Numbered from the stretch's first letter, positions 36,838 to 46,850 are shown. The stretch is DNA of 46,883 nucleotides from a virus (IMGVR_UViG_3300043567_000569:1-46883); one strand, 5' to 3'. The notes: a model not told the origin generated them from the letters alone. Program-made: numbers and translations.

Positions 36838-39800
36838 TTACCCAAGTGCAATTGCGAGTCTAACTGCTTCTTCAAGTACATCTACACCCTTAATCTTCAC
36901 TGAAGTTGAACTATTTATATCCCCCACAACATCTAATTTGTAAGATGATGTGGTTGTGCCAATTCCAACATTTCCAGTAATATAAACTTCTTCAAATCTA
37001 GAATTTCCAACAACATCCAAATCACTTCTAGGATTTGATGTATTAATACCAAGATTATCATTTGCGGGATTATAATATACAGAATTCGCCCCAGAGAAAA
37101 TGCCGAGACTATTAAATTGAATTTGACCATTCAGTCCAGCAGCATTTGTAACAATACCAATACCACCAGCACTCGACCAGACAACATCGGAACCATTAGA
37201 AGTAAGAACGAATCCAGAGTTTCCTGCACTATTTGTACTATCATAAAGACCATTACGAATACGAATGCTTCCATCAACATCTAATTTTTGTGTTGGATTT
37301 GTAATTCCGATACCAAAGAATCCACTTGTAGGAATAAAGGCAATTTGAGTACTTGCAATTCCTACAGAACTTACGCCAATATTAGATGCAAATGTTGGAT
37401 AGACTGGATTGGCAGTGAGTGGTTGTGCCTCAACAGTGAAAGCAGTAACGCCAAAGAGATTACTACCATCACCATAATAGACAACAGTTGTAACACCTGG
37501 ATTTGATGAAGTTACAATACCTGATGTAGTGATTGTAACCTTATCAAGTATTGTTTCACCAACGACATGCAATCTTGCCTGTGGTTCTGTGATACCAATA
37601 CCAAAGTAACCAGGATCTGGAATGAAAGCAACTTGAGTGCTTGCGATTCCTACAGAACTTACACCAGCATTAGACGCAAATGTTGGGTAGACTGGCGTTG
37701 TTACAAATGGTTGAGATTCAACAGTGAATGCAGTGACACCGAAGAGATTACTACCATCACCATAGTAAACAACTGTTGTTACACCTGGATTTGTTGAAGT
37801 AATAATTCCAGTTGACGTAATCTGGACTTTTCCTAATGTGGATACTCCAGTAACAATCAACTCATTGACAGAAACAATTCCACCAATAGTGCTTGTTGAA
37901 ACACCAGCAACTCCCGAATAAGTGCTGACTCCAGCAGTCCAAGCGTAAGTCGCTATACCAGCATTGTTCGCATAATCCGAAAATGTTGAGAGTCCTGATG
38001 TGTTTGAGTAACCAGAGAAGGTAGAAAATCCTGAAGAGTTTGAGTATCCAGAAAATGTTGAGAATCCAGAAGTATTAGAGTAACCAGAGAATGTAGAATA
38101 TCCAGCGACACCCGAATAAGTACTTACACCAGCAGTCCAAGCATAAGTTGCTATACCAGATATGTTGGCATAATCAGAGAAAGTTGATACTCCAGAAGCA
38201 TTAGCATATCCACTAAAAGTTGATACTCCAGAAACATTAGCATATCCAGAGAATGTAGAGAATCCTGTTGTATCAGAGTAACCAGAGAATGTTGAGAATC
38301 CTGATGAAGTTGAATATCCAGCGACACCCGAATAAGTACTTACACCAGCAGTCCAAGCATAAGTTGCTATACCAGATATGTTGGCATAATCAGAGAAAGT
38401 TGATACTCCAGAAAGATTAGCATATCCAGAGAATGTAGAGAATCCTGTTGTATCAGAATAACCAGAGAATGTGGAATATCCAGCAACTCCAGAATATGTT
38501 GAAACTCCAGCAGTCCAAGCATAAGTTGCTATACCAGAGTTATTGGCATAATCGGAGAAAGTTGCCACCCCGGCAGCATTAGCATATCCGGAGAATGTAG
38601 AGAATCCTGAAGTATTAGAATACCCAGAGAATGTAGAGAATCCTGAAGTATTAGAATACCCAGAGAAAGTTGATACTCCAGCAGCGTTAGCATATCCAGA
38701 GAATGTGGAGAATCCTGAAGTATTAGAATACCCAGAAAATGTAGAGAATCCAGATACATGAGCATAGTTTGCTACACCTAGCAAATCTCCCACAAATGTT
38801 GGAGCAGTTACAACACCAGTAGAATTAATTTGACTGGTTCTTAGTATATTAAGAGTGCTAATTCCAGTTGAATTAATATTTGTGAGATTTGAGTGTGTAC
38901 TTGTTAGCGTAGTAACAACACCAGTTATTGCATTTAAATTAGATGTATTAAGATTAGTAAATGTAGAATTGGTTACATTTAAATTTAAAACTGTTGCAAT
39001 GCCAGTTACATTTAATCTTTCATTTGTAAACGCAGTTGCAAATCCAACATTAGAAGAAATATTATCAATGTATGCAAGATTACTATAAAGATTTGTAATC
39101 GTACCAAATCCAGTATAATTTAATCTAGTGCCACTTAAATCGGTGATAATACCGGATTGTGAGAAAATGTTGTTAGAGCGAAGATTGCTAATATCGGCAC
39201 CAGTAATTGTAGCAATTCCGCTCGCCAGTCTTGAAACTTGAAGAGCATCTGCATTGATTTGCTTATCGGTAATTTGTACATTACCAACTGCAAGTCTTAC
39301 ATCATTTGGAACTAGTGTAGATCCAATACCGACCGCATAATTAAATAACCAGGCATCAGTGGTGCCGACTCCATAAGTTCCTGCCCTAGCCCATAAAAGT
39401 TTTTTGTGTGTATTTGGAAGTGAATTAACTCCAACAGATTGAAGTGAAACTAATGGGTTTCCTTCAGTAGAAGCAATTGAGATACCACCACCATTTGCAG
39501 AATTATCAGTTGATACATCAGCATTTATATTATTTGTTGTAATGCCAAGAACAATAGTTTTGTCAATAACAAATAAGTCTTCTGCGAGAATAACAGTTGT
39601 TGTTCCACCAATGCTTAAGTTTCCTGCGATAAAGACGTTATTATGGAATGTCGCAGTAGAATCAAAAACATCAAAGTCTCCCAAGACATCAAGACTCTGA
39701 ATTGTTGCAATACCAGTTACAGTTAAATCAGTATTTGTAAGATAATCAATTGTAGCATTTGTGGTGTCTAGAGTTGCAATGGTGCCAACACCAGTATAAT

Positions 39801-41793
39801 TAAGTCTTGCACCAGAAATATCAGTTACGACACCTACACTAATATACCCATAATCAGCATTCAGATTTGTAAAATCAGAATTAGTCGAAGTAAGATTGGT
39901 GCTATTCAGAGTGGTGATTGTAGCGACACCACTTACATTCAAGAAAGTATTATTCAGATTAGCAATCGTACCTATTCCACTGTTTAGAATCGTAGCAGTA
40001 GCGACACCAACATTAATATAATCACTGGTTAAATTATTAATTGCTGCAGTATCAGTATCTAATGTTGTAATTGTGCCGACACCAGTGTAAGTAAGTCTGG
40101 TGCCAGAAATATCAGTTACAATACCGACATCAATATTGGCATTATTAGCATTCAGATTAGTAAAATCAGAATTTGTATAAGTTACATTTGTACCTGATAA
40201 GGTCGTAATGCTCGCAGTAGTTGCACCTAAAGTAGTAATTGTAGCAATACCACTAGTCAGTCTACTATTAGAAATCTCAGTGATAATACCAGTTACAATA
40301 TAAGCATTATCAGCATTTAGATTAATAAAGTCTGAGTTAGTAGATACAATATTAGTGCTGTTAATTGTGGTAATTGTGCCAATACCAGTTACATTCAGTT
40401 GTGGTGTTTGTAATGTGTCGTAAACGGTAACGCCATATCCAGTGGTCTCAAATTTTTTGAAGTTGTCGTAATAAAGTTCTGCTGAACCATTTTTGTTAAA
40501 GTAAGCAGCAGTTTCTGTATCATTAACTCTTATAGCAACATCATCCCAGTTTGATATACTTAATAGTCCCTGATTATTTGTATATCCAATTCCAGCAGTA
40601 AATGCACCATCAACGACTCTGTATAGTGTGGTCGGACCGAAAGCATTAATTACAAATCCACCAGTAGAAGTTGTAACGTCAGTAATTGTAAGATTATCAT
40701 TAACATTGACCGTTCCACCATTAGAATCAAGTGTTAAATTACCAGTGACGGTATCAATTGTATTATCATTTGTAATTCCAATTTGAATATTATCAATCGT
40801 AGCTCCGCCGTTCGCATCAATCGCACCAGCAAATGTGGAAATACCGGAAACATTTAGATTGGTTAGATTAGTCTGAGTGCTATTCAGTGTGGCAATCGTA
40901 CCAACACCAGTATAATTCAGATTTGTACCACTAATATTAGTTACAATTCCACTATTAATATAAGCATTAGTAGAATATAATGTGGCAATACTACCAATAC
41001 CACTGTTCAGAAGATTATTGGTTAGATTATTAATCGTACCAGTTGAGCTATTCAGAGTGGTGATTGTAGCGATACCACTTGAAAGTCTTGTGTTGGTTAA
41101 ATCAGTTACGACACCAACATTAATATAACCATTCGATGCATAAAGGTTGGTAATCGTACTGGTGCCAACAACTTCTCTAGTAACATCTAGATTTGTAATT
41201 GTACCAACACCAGTATAATTCAGATTTGTACCAGAAATATCGGTTACAATTCCACTATTAATATAAGCATTGGTAGAATATAATGTAGCGATACTACCAA
41301 TACCACTATTCAGAAGATTATTAGTTAGATTATTAATATTACCAGTCGAACTATTCAGAGTAGTAATTGTAGCGATACCACTCGTAAGTCTGGTGTTTGT
41401 AATATCAGTAATTACACCAACATTGATGTTAGCAGTTGGTGAATATAAAGTAGCAATTGATCCAACACCACTGACATTCAGAATGGTGCTGTTTAGATTG
41501 TTAATTGTGCCAATACCACTGTTTAGGATATTGACTGTACCTACACCAGTGTTATTAAAGTCGCTGATTACATTATTAATTGTACCAATACCGCTAGTCA
41601 GTCTAGTATTGGTAAGATTGGTAATTGTTGAATTAGTGCTGGTAAAGGTTGTAATCGTACCTATACCTGCATTTATATTTCCATTAAAAGTAGTGGCTGT
41701 AACTACACCAGTAACTAATACATCCCCAATAACATGCAGAGCAGATGTTGGATTAGTTGTCCCTATACCAGTATTAGTTCTTAGTAGAGCCAT
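36838..41793 (-). CDS. Long repeat-rich tail fibre protein, 1651 aa
   Basis: GIATITTL-type repeats, SGFSTFSGY tandem region, several GIGT/LDVVG motifs; ends AIALG. Confidence 0.85.
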   Translation of the reverse strand: MALLRTNTGIGTTNPTSALHVIGDVLVTGVVTATTFNGNINAGIGTITTFTSTNSTITNLTNTRLTSGIGTINNVISDFNNTGVGTVNILNSGIGTINNLNSTILNVSGVGSIATLYSPTANINVGVITDITNTRLTSGIATITTLNSSTGNINNLTNNLLNSGIGSIATLYSTNAYINSGIVTDISGTNLNYTGVGTITNLDVTREVVGTSTITNLYASNGYINVGVVTDLTNTRLSSGIATITTLNSSTGTINNLTNNLLNSGIGSIATLYSTNAYINSGIVTNISGTNLNYTGVGTIATLNSTQTNLTNLNVSGISTFAGAIDANGGATIDNIQIGITNDNTIDTVTGNLTLDSNGGTVNVNDNLTITDVTTSTGGFVINAFGPTTLYRVVDGAFTAGIGYTNNQGLLSISNWDDVAIRVNDTETAAYFNKNGSAELYYDNFKKFETTGYGVTVYDTLQTPQLNVTGIGTITTINSTNIVSTNSDFINLNADNAYIVTGIITEISNSRLTSGIATITTLGATTASITTLSGTNVTYTNSDFTNLNANNANIDVGIVTDISGTRLTYTGVGTITTLDTDTAAINNLTSDYINVGVATATILNSGIGTIANLNNTFLNVSGVATITTLNSTNLTSTNSDFTNLNADYGYISVGVVTDISGARLNYTGVGTIATLDTTNATIDYLTNTDLTVTGIATIQSLDVLGDFDVFDSTATFHNNVFIAGNLSIGGTTTVILAEDLFVIDKTIVLGITTNNINADVSTDNSANGGGISIASTEGNPLVSLQSVGVNSLPNTHKKLLWARAGTYGVGTTDAWLFNYAVGIGSTLVPNDVRLAVGNVQITDKQINADALQVSRLASGIATITGADISNLRSNNIFSQSGIITDLSGTRLNYTGFGTITNLYSNLAYIDNISSNVGFATAFTNERLNVTGIATVLNLNVTNSTFTNLNTSNLNAITGVVTTLTSTHSNLTNINSTGISTLNILRTSQINSTGVVTAPTFVGDLLGVANYAHVSGFSTFSGYSNTSGFSTFSGYANAAGVSTFSGYSNTSGFSTFSGYSNTSGFSTFSGYANAAGVATFSDYANNSGIATYAWTAGVSTYSGVAGYSTFSGYSDTTGFSTFSGYANLSGVSTFSDYANISGIATYAWTAGVSTYSGVAGYSTSSGFSTFSGYSDTTGFSTFSGYANVSGVSTFSGYANASGVSTFSDYANISGIATYAWTAGVSTYSGVAGYSTFSGYSNTSGFSTFSGYSNSSGFSTFSGYSNTSGLSTFSDYANNAGIATYAWTAGVSTYSGVAGVSTSTIGGIVSVNELIVTGVSTLGKVQITSTGIITSTNPGVTTVVYYGDGSNLFGVTAFTVESQPFVTTPVYPTFASNAGVSSVGIASTQVAFIPDPGYFGIGITEPQARLHVVGETILDKVTITTSGIVTSSNPGVTTVVYYGDGSNLFGVTAFTVEAQPLTANPVYPTFASNIGVSSVGIASTQIAFIPTSGFFGIGITNPTQKLDVDGSIRIRNGLYDSTNSAGNSGFVLTSNGSDVVWSSAGGIGIVTNAAGLNGQIQFNSLGIFSGANSVYYNPANDNLGINTSNPRSDLDVVGNSRFEEVYITGNVGIGTTTSSYKLDVVGDINSSTSVKIKGVDVLEEAVRLAIALG
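37894..38754 (-). repeat. In-frame tandem repeat region (SGFSTF/SGYSNT/SGIATYAWTAGVSTY units)
   Basis: 18/36-nt units; identical 102-nt copies at 38096-38197 and 38312-38413. Confidence 0.9.
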
Positions 41794-41835
41794 CTTTTTC
41801 CTTTATATAAGGTTATTTATTCTGCGATATTAACA

Positions 41836-42705
41836 TCAATAATTTACATTGTAACCACTATATATGGTCCAACTTGTACCATCACCATTTCCTTCAAAAA
41901 CATAACTTTGATTTTGTGACAATGTATAAGTTGCATATTGTGTGGTAGCACTTGCAACCATTCTTGCACCAGTTAATCTAGCGTGATTGCCAACTAATAA
42001 TTCTAAAACATTTTTTCCACCAATTACACTTGGATTAAATAATGTAATTTCAATAACAATATTGGGAGATCCTACAGTACCAGAAGTTGCCGCCGTTCCC
42101 TCATAACGAATTCTTTGATAATCAGTTCCAAAAGCAAATCTAGAAACTCTTTGATATGAGTTATCTGCAGATCCAAAATGAAACTTGGGAACTGGTGGAC
42201 GAGTTGCTCCTAATGCACCAAGATTTCCATATTCACTCGCCCCAGAACCAAAGGTCAAATAAGTATTCGACCCCATATAGGTTGTAGTATATCCACTTCC
42301 AGCAATATAAAATGTAAATGGTAGGTTAATCGTTAAGAAGTTATCATCTACCGAAGCATTTTGAATACCTGTCCAACTTCCAGTAGGAGGATAAGTTCCA
42401 CCACCTGTCCCATAGATTGGTAATTTAGTACCAGCAACAATACTATAAATTCCTGCAGGTGGAGGAGGAGTTACATCACTTACTCCAGTCAATTCGTCAA
42501 AATAATTATAAACTCTCAAATCTTTATTATCTACAATTCTCATAGGAATAGTGCCAGTCAATTCAGAAAATTCACCCTCCTTCATTGTATTGGAATAAAA
42601 AATTCCATACTGATCAACACTCACATTTCTACTTGGTGAAGAAAACTCATCAAATAGATTTGCAAAAAGCACACCGTCAGATCTTAATCGTGCTACAGTA
42701 TTCAT
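41836..42705 (-). CDS. Virion protein with NIDO/nidogen-N-like C-terminal domain
   Basis: Pro linker (TPPPP) then VDDNFLTINLPFTFYIAG..Y...YMGSNTYLTFG pattern. Confidence 0.65.
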   Translation of the reverse strand: MNTVARLRSDGVLFANLFDEFSSPSRNVSVDQYGIFYSNTMKEGEFSELTGTIPMRIVDNKDLRVYNYFDELTGVSDVTPPPPAGIYSIVAGTKLPIYGTGGGTYPPTGSWTGIQNASVDDNFLTINLPFTFYIAGSGYTTTYMGSNTYLTFGSGASEYGNLGALGATRPPVPKFHFGSADNSYQRVSRFAFGTDYQRIRYEGTAATSGTVGSPNIVIEITLFNPSVIGGKNVLELLVGNHARLTGARMVASATTQYATYTLSQNQSYVFEGNGDGTSWTIYSGYNVNY

Positions 42706-43559
42706 CAGATAAAGATAAAGTCAAGAGAATTAAGAGAATTATTATGTTGAATTACAAAACGATTTGCAGCACCTGATGCCTGCACTCCAATATCACCAAC
42801 TACGTCTAGTTCTTCTCTAGGTGCAGTAATACCAAGTCCAACCGCACCAGAAACATAAGCACCACCAGTAACTTGAAGTCTCTGTGACGCTGTTCCTGTT
42901 GTTGTACCAGATCCAATGAATACTGGACCATTGGTAAATGTTGAGATGCCGGAAACTTGTAACTGAGAAAATGATGTGGCAGCAGCAACAATACGATTAA
43001 TTGTCGCAGCAACACCAGTGATACTTGTAAATGTAGCAGCAACTCCAGTCAGATTTGTAATAATTCCGCTACTTACATTTAAGTTTGCAACTGTTGCAGC
43101 AGTTCCAGTTAAATTTACAATTTGACCACTTGTAAAAGTAACAGCAACACCACTTAGGTTAGTAATAATACCACTACTGACATTCAAATTAGTGATAGTT
43201 GCACCAGTACCAGAGATACTTGCAATTGTTGCAATACCAGTAATATTTGCATTTCTAATAGTTGCAATGCCAGTAAAGTTTGCATTGCGAGCAGTTAATT
43301 CGTCAAATACTAAATCATCAGCAATATAAAGGTCACCACCAACATAAAGGTCTCCACCAGTGGTCGTAATACCACCAGAAGATGCAAGCGTGGTAACGCC
43401 TGTAATTTCAGTATCACCAATTACGTATAAACTTCTACTCCCAGCATTAGTCGTCCCAATTCCGACCTTGCCAGTTACTTGAAGTACTGTTTTACTTTCA
43501 GTACTTGAGGATACTCCTACATTCAGTTGTGTTTGTCTACCGGAAAGAAACTTTGCCAT
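42705..43559 (-). CDS. Fibre-like structural protein
   Basis: VGIGTT, GGDLYVGGDLY, G[IV]AAT repeats, LDVVG. Confidence 0.78.
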   Translation of the reverse strand: MAKFLSGRQTQLNVGVSSSTESKTVLQVTGKVGIGTTNAGSRSLYVIGDTEITGVTTLASSGGITTTGGDLYVGGDLYIADDLVFDELTARNANFTGIATIRNANITGIATIASISGTGATITNLNVSSGIITNLSGVAVTFTSGQIVNLTGTAATVANLNVSSGIITNLTGVAATFTSITGVAATINRIVAAATSFSQLQVSGISTFTNGPVFIGSGTTTGTASQRLQVTGGAYVSGAVGLGITAPREELDVVGDIGVQASGAANRFVIQHNNSLNSLDFIFI

Positions 43560-43567
43560 TTAGAGTA

Positions 43568-43909
43568 TTAGTTAAGAGTTTCTAGGACACTAGCAATAAA
43601 TTTAATATTGGATGCGTTACTTGCAGAAAGAACTAACACATCATTCGACTCAAGAGTTAATTTACCAGAGAGCAAACTTACACTATCATTACCTTGAACT
43701 GCAAAATCTTTTAAGATTTCAGTTGTCACAGCAATACCAGAAGTTGTCCTTTGGTGAGAAAAAGAAATAGTATGAGTTGTATTACTAATATTTGCACATT
43801 GTGCAAGCAAAACAACTCCAGTATAACCAACTGGAGCAGTATAAATTCCAACTGGATTTATTGTTGCTACTTTAGTAATTGTTTTAAATACATTTAATGG
43901 TAAAGCCAT
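43568..43909 (-). CDS. Small beta-sandwich virion protein
   Basis: IYTAPVGYTGVVLLAQCANI...KLTLESND...ASVLET; paralog of 36505-36831. Confidence 0.78.
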   Translation of the reverse strand: MALPLNVFKTITKVATINPVGIYTAPVGYTGVVLLAQCANISNTTHTISFSHQRTTSGIAVTTEILKDFAVQGNDSVSLLSGKLTLESNDVLVLSASNASNIKFIASVLETLN

Positions 43910-43912
43910 TGA

Positions 43913-45766
43913 TTAATCTCCTCCTAATGCTAGAATGAATGGTGTGAGTGTTGAAAACAAACTCTTAGAATAAAAAATACCTGAAATAGAACCTGTTGTT
44001 TGATTGACAACAACACCTTCACCAATTCTAAAGTTTCCTGCTTGGTCCGTACTTGTATAGACTACAAGACCACCATTTCTCATATCAACTTCATTATCTT
44101 GAATTGGAACACCACCTTGATTTGGAAGAGCAGAATTGATATCAGTTCCAGAACCAATGTATTCAAAAGAGTGTCCAGAAGCAAGAATTCTACTTTGTTT
44201 AAAGAATGGAATTGAAACTCCAGCGCCCACAGCATAGGGGACATTTTCATTTACAGTAATTGTAGTTATCCCTGCAGAAATGGGTGTTGAGCTTAAAATT
44301 GCATAATATGTTGGAAGTGTTTCAAGTAAAGCTGATGCATTATTTGCACCAACATCGGGAGGTGAGATTGTAATTGTAGGCAGTGATGTATATCCCCTAC
44401 CACTTGAAATTAATTCAATATTAACTACACTGCCGTTTCTAATTTCAGCAGCAGCTTGAGCAGTAACTCCCCAGTCTGTAGGAGGTGCTGAAATTGTAAT
44501 TGTGGGAGTAGTTAAGTATCCACTTCCACCAGATACAATACGAATTTTAGATACAGTATAATATAAATTGTCAAAATAAATTACTTGTCCATCAAATGGA
44601 CGAATTAGATTTAGTTTAACTGTTCCACCAGAAACATAAGTATGGGGTAAAGTAGAAGTTCCAACATTAGCACTGAAAGTATATGTTGTTGGTGTAGATA
44701 ATACATCAAAAACATATCCATTATTTCCACTCGGATATGTTACAATTCCAGGTCCAGATGGACAAGAAAAACTAAGACCTGCAATTGTAACTCCCATTCC
44801 AACTTCAAATCCGTGCTCATTATCAGTCGTAATCGTCACAATGCCTGTTACATTATTGTAAATTGCATTTGTAACATTAAATGTTGGATTATTAAAAGCT
44901 ACTGCAAATGTATCTGCATTAACATCACTTGATGTTGAAAGTATTCCAGAGTATTTTCTAGGTCCAACACCATCAGAAACTAGTCCATAATTTCCAAATG
45001 ATGCATTAGAATTTGTAAGATCGCAAGCACCACCACTTCCACAAAATACTGCGGTGTCTGGGCAGATGGTAAAGAGTGAAACTAACTGTGCATATCCTTC
45101 ATTTGTAATTGAAACACCAATACCACCTTGATTATATTGAGTATAAGAGTCAAGGACCATTGATTTAGTTGGTCCAATCGAATATCGCCCATCAACTTTC
45201 ATTCCAATGCTGCTTGGAATAAAGTTAGTGCAATTTTGAATATAAGGAGACTGATTGTTATAAACTGGTTTACTAGGGTTAAATGCAAAAATTGCCCCTG
45301 TATTTGCAGTTCCTACAAAAGACATTTCAGCAATATAGTTTCCATTGCTGACGTAAAAAAGATCTCCTTGATTTTGAGGAGTAACGGAAACTTCTCTTAA
45401 ACTATCACCAACAATACTTACTTGGTTTGGTAGTGCAATTGGATTATTTTCTACATAAGATCCAGCAGCAACTTTAATAACAGTTCCCGTTGTTGCTGCT
45501 GTGACTGCTGCTCCGATTGTTCTTTTTGCGTCTCCGAGTTTGAGTCCTGTGTTTGTGTCTTTTCCATCAGGAGTAACATAAAGAATATTTGTAACAGTAG
45601 CACCCGCTGCCACCCTAACGACTTCCGATCCAATACCTACTCTATTTCTGACAGCATAGAGTTCAGCATCATTAATATTGTAAGCTAATTCGCCATATTG
45701 GAGCACTCCTTGTGCAGGTATTTTACCTGGCACGGCAGAGCGTTTAATTCGAATCGGAGTTGCCAT
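43913..45766 (-). CDS. Virion structural protein with pectin-lyase-like beta-helix region
   Basis: IRIKRSAVPGKIP N-terminus; ILYVTPDG.D...AKRTIGAA; GDSLREV; SPYIQNCTNF; GGSGY..PTITISAP; ends ILALGGD. Confidence 0.8.
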   Translation of the reverse strand: MATPIRIKRSAVPGKIPAQGVLQYGELAYNINDAELYAVRNRVGIGSEVVRVAAGATVTNILYVTPDGKDTNTGLKLGDAKRTIGAAVTAATTGTVIKVAAGSYVENNPIALPNQVSIVGDSLREVSVTPQNQGDLFYVSNGNYIAEMSFVGTANTGAIFAFNPSKPVYNNQSPYIQNCTNFIPSSIGMKVDGRYSIGPTKSMVLDSYTQYNQGGIGVSITNEGYAQLVSLFTICPDTAVFCGSGGACDLTNSNASFGNYGLVSDGVGPRKYSGILSTSSDVNADTFAVAFNNPTFNVTNAIYNNVTGIVTITTDNEHGFEVGMGVTIAGLSFSCPSGPGIVTYPSGNNGYVFDVLSTPTTYTFSANVGTSTLPHTYVSGGTVKLNLIRPFDGQVIYFDNLYYTVSKIRIVSGGSGYLTTPTITISAPPTDWGVTAQAAAEIRNGSVVNIELISSGRGYTSLPTITISPPDVGANNASALLETLPTYYAILSSTPISAGITTITVNENVPYAVGAGVSIPFFKQSRILASGHSFEYIGSGTDINSALPNQGGVPIQDNEVDMRNGGLVVYTSTDQAGNFRIGEGVVVNQTTGSISGIFYSKSLFSTLTPFILALGGD

Positions 45767-45822
45767 TTATGATATGCGGTATCTACCATAAGGTCAGTAT
45801 TTACTGCCTTTGATATATTTAT

Positions 45823-46194
45823 TCAAGTTGCATTATTGCGTCTTGGGCGATAAGAAAATAGATTTGTAGGAGGATCTGGTTTCATCCACTCTTCTATTTT
45901 ATTAAATTTATCTTCACTATAAAAATCTTGCTGGACATACCATAACTTCCAGTGCTCGTGTCCCTTCGATTGATTACAAGAATGGCAGCAGCACACTACA
46001 TTCTTTGTGAAATCTGCACCCCCTTTACATTGTGGAATGATATGATCAATTGTTAGATTGTCTTCAGATCCACAATAAGCACATTTATTTTCCCAACTGT
46101 CCTTTATGTTTTGTCTCCATAATCGTTTCGCATCCCCACTATTTGTCACATATAAATGAAACAAATATTCTTGAGGCGAATGGAGAGGAACCAT
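45823..46194 (-). CDS. HNH endonuclease
   Basis: CAYC...LTIDHIIPQCKGG....NVVCCCHSCNQSKG. Confidence 0.92.
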   Translation of the reverse strand: MVPLHSPQEYLFHLYVTNSGDAKRLWRQNIKDSWENKCAYCGSEDNLTIDHIIPQCKGGADFTKNVVCCCHSCNQSKGHEHWKLWYVQQDFYSEDKFNKIEEWMKPDPPTNLFSYRPRRNNAT

Positions 46195-46213
46195 AAAAAC
46201 CTTTGCTTTTCTT

Positions 46214-46306
46214 TTATTTATTTTTTGTTTTTATAACTTTAACTAATTCTTTTAATGTAATGTAAATGTAATGAAGTTGCTCTTTTAATGTAGTTTTATC
46301 ATTCAT
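46214..46306 (-). CDS. Small hypothetical protein, 30 aa (MNDKTTLKEQLHYIYITLKELVKVIKTKNK)
   Basis: Hand-translated; ATGA overlap with the upstream stop; fills the apparent intergenic gap; stop lies inside a late promoter. Confidence 0.55.
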   Translation of the reverse strand: MNDKTTLKEQLHYIYITLKELVKVIKTKNK

Positions 46307-46584
46307 ACTCTTACAGGTTCTTCTTTTCCTTCTGGTAACCAAATCTGTTGCTGCAATTCCACAAAAGGCAATTCTTCTTGTGCAGCAGGAAGTCCAATCT
46401 GTCCTGGAAGTTGTTTATCAATGCTAGAGGAAACGTCAATGACCTGATCCATTATAAACCGATGACGACTATAAGTTCTATTTTGAGAATCAAATGCAAC
46501 CATCATAATCGCATCATTGATATCAGCACAATGACAAATGACTCTTCCTGTTCTACGTTCTCTTACAATCCAGTATTCATTCAT
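46303..46584 (-). CDS. Hypothetical protein
   Basis: 93 aa ORF overlapping both neighbours by a few nt. Confidence 0.7.
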   Translation of the reverse strand: MNEYWIVRERRTGRVICHCADINDAIMMVAFDSQNRTYSRHRFIMDQVIDVSSSIDKQLPGQIGLPAAQEELPFVELQQQIWLPEGKEEPVRV

Positions 46585-46828
46585 TACTCGGTGCCTTTGA
46601 GGGTGTTACTGGATTGCGATTCACATTTTTAATCACAATGAAAGCATCGTTCTGATAACTTGTGGTTCCATAAGGTTTTGACCACTTCGGATTGGCACCT
46701 TCTATTTGCTCAATACCACTGAAAGCAACTCCACCAATATGAACTTCTAATTTATCATTCTTATCCCATCCAAGTTTTTCAAGAGCAATTGCCAGTTGCC
46801 CCAACATATCACCTGTTGCTTGTATCAT
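46577..46828 (-). CDS. Conserved cyanophage hypothetical protein
   Basis: 83 aa ORF downstream of a sigma70 promoter; NPKWSKPYGT..YQNDAFIVIKN. Confidence 0.75.
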   Translation of the reverse strand: MIQATGDMLGQLAIALEKLGWDKNDKLEVHIGGVAFSGIEQIEGANPKWSKPYGTTSYQNDAFIVIKNVNRNPVTPSKAPSNE

Positions 46829-46850
46829 TTTGCTTATCTGTAGTAGAAGT

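Larger units (their letters stand above)
1657..46221 (-). promoter_or_regulatory. Set of T4-type late promoters (T)ATAAATA
   Basis: Plus-strand TATTTAT starting at 1657, 4395, 7735, 10834, 15623, 17307, 20632, 23074, 26636, 27055, 27347, 28975, 29271, 30332, 31405, 32710, 41814, 45816, 46215, each shortly upstream of a minus-strand start. Confidence 0.85.

Noticed and set aside
46245-46295. AATGTA/CTTTTAATGTA repeats as an origin or operator
   Set aside because: Explained by the coding sequence of the 30-aa ORF (TLKE twice, YIYI)
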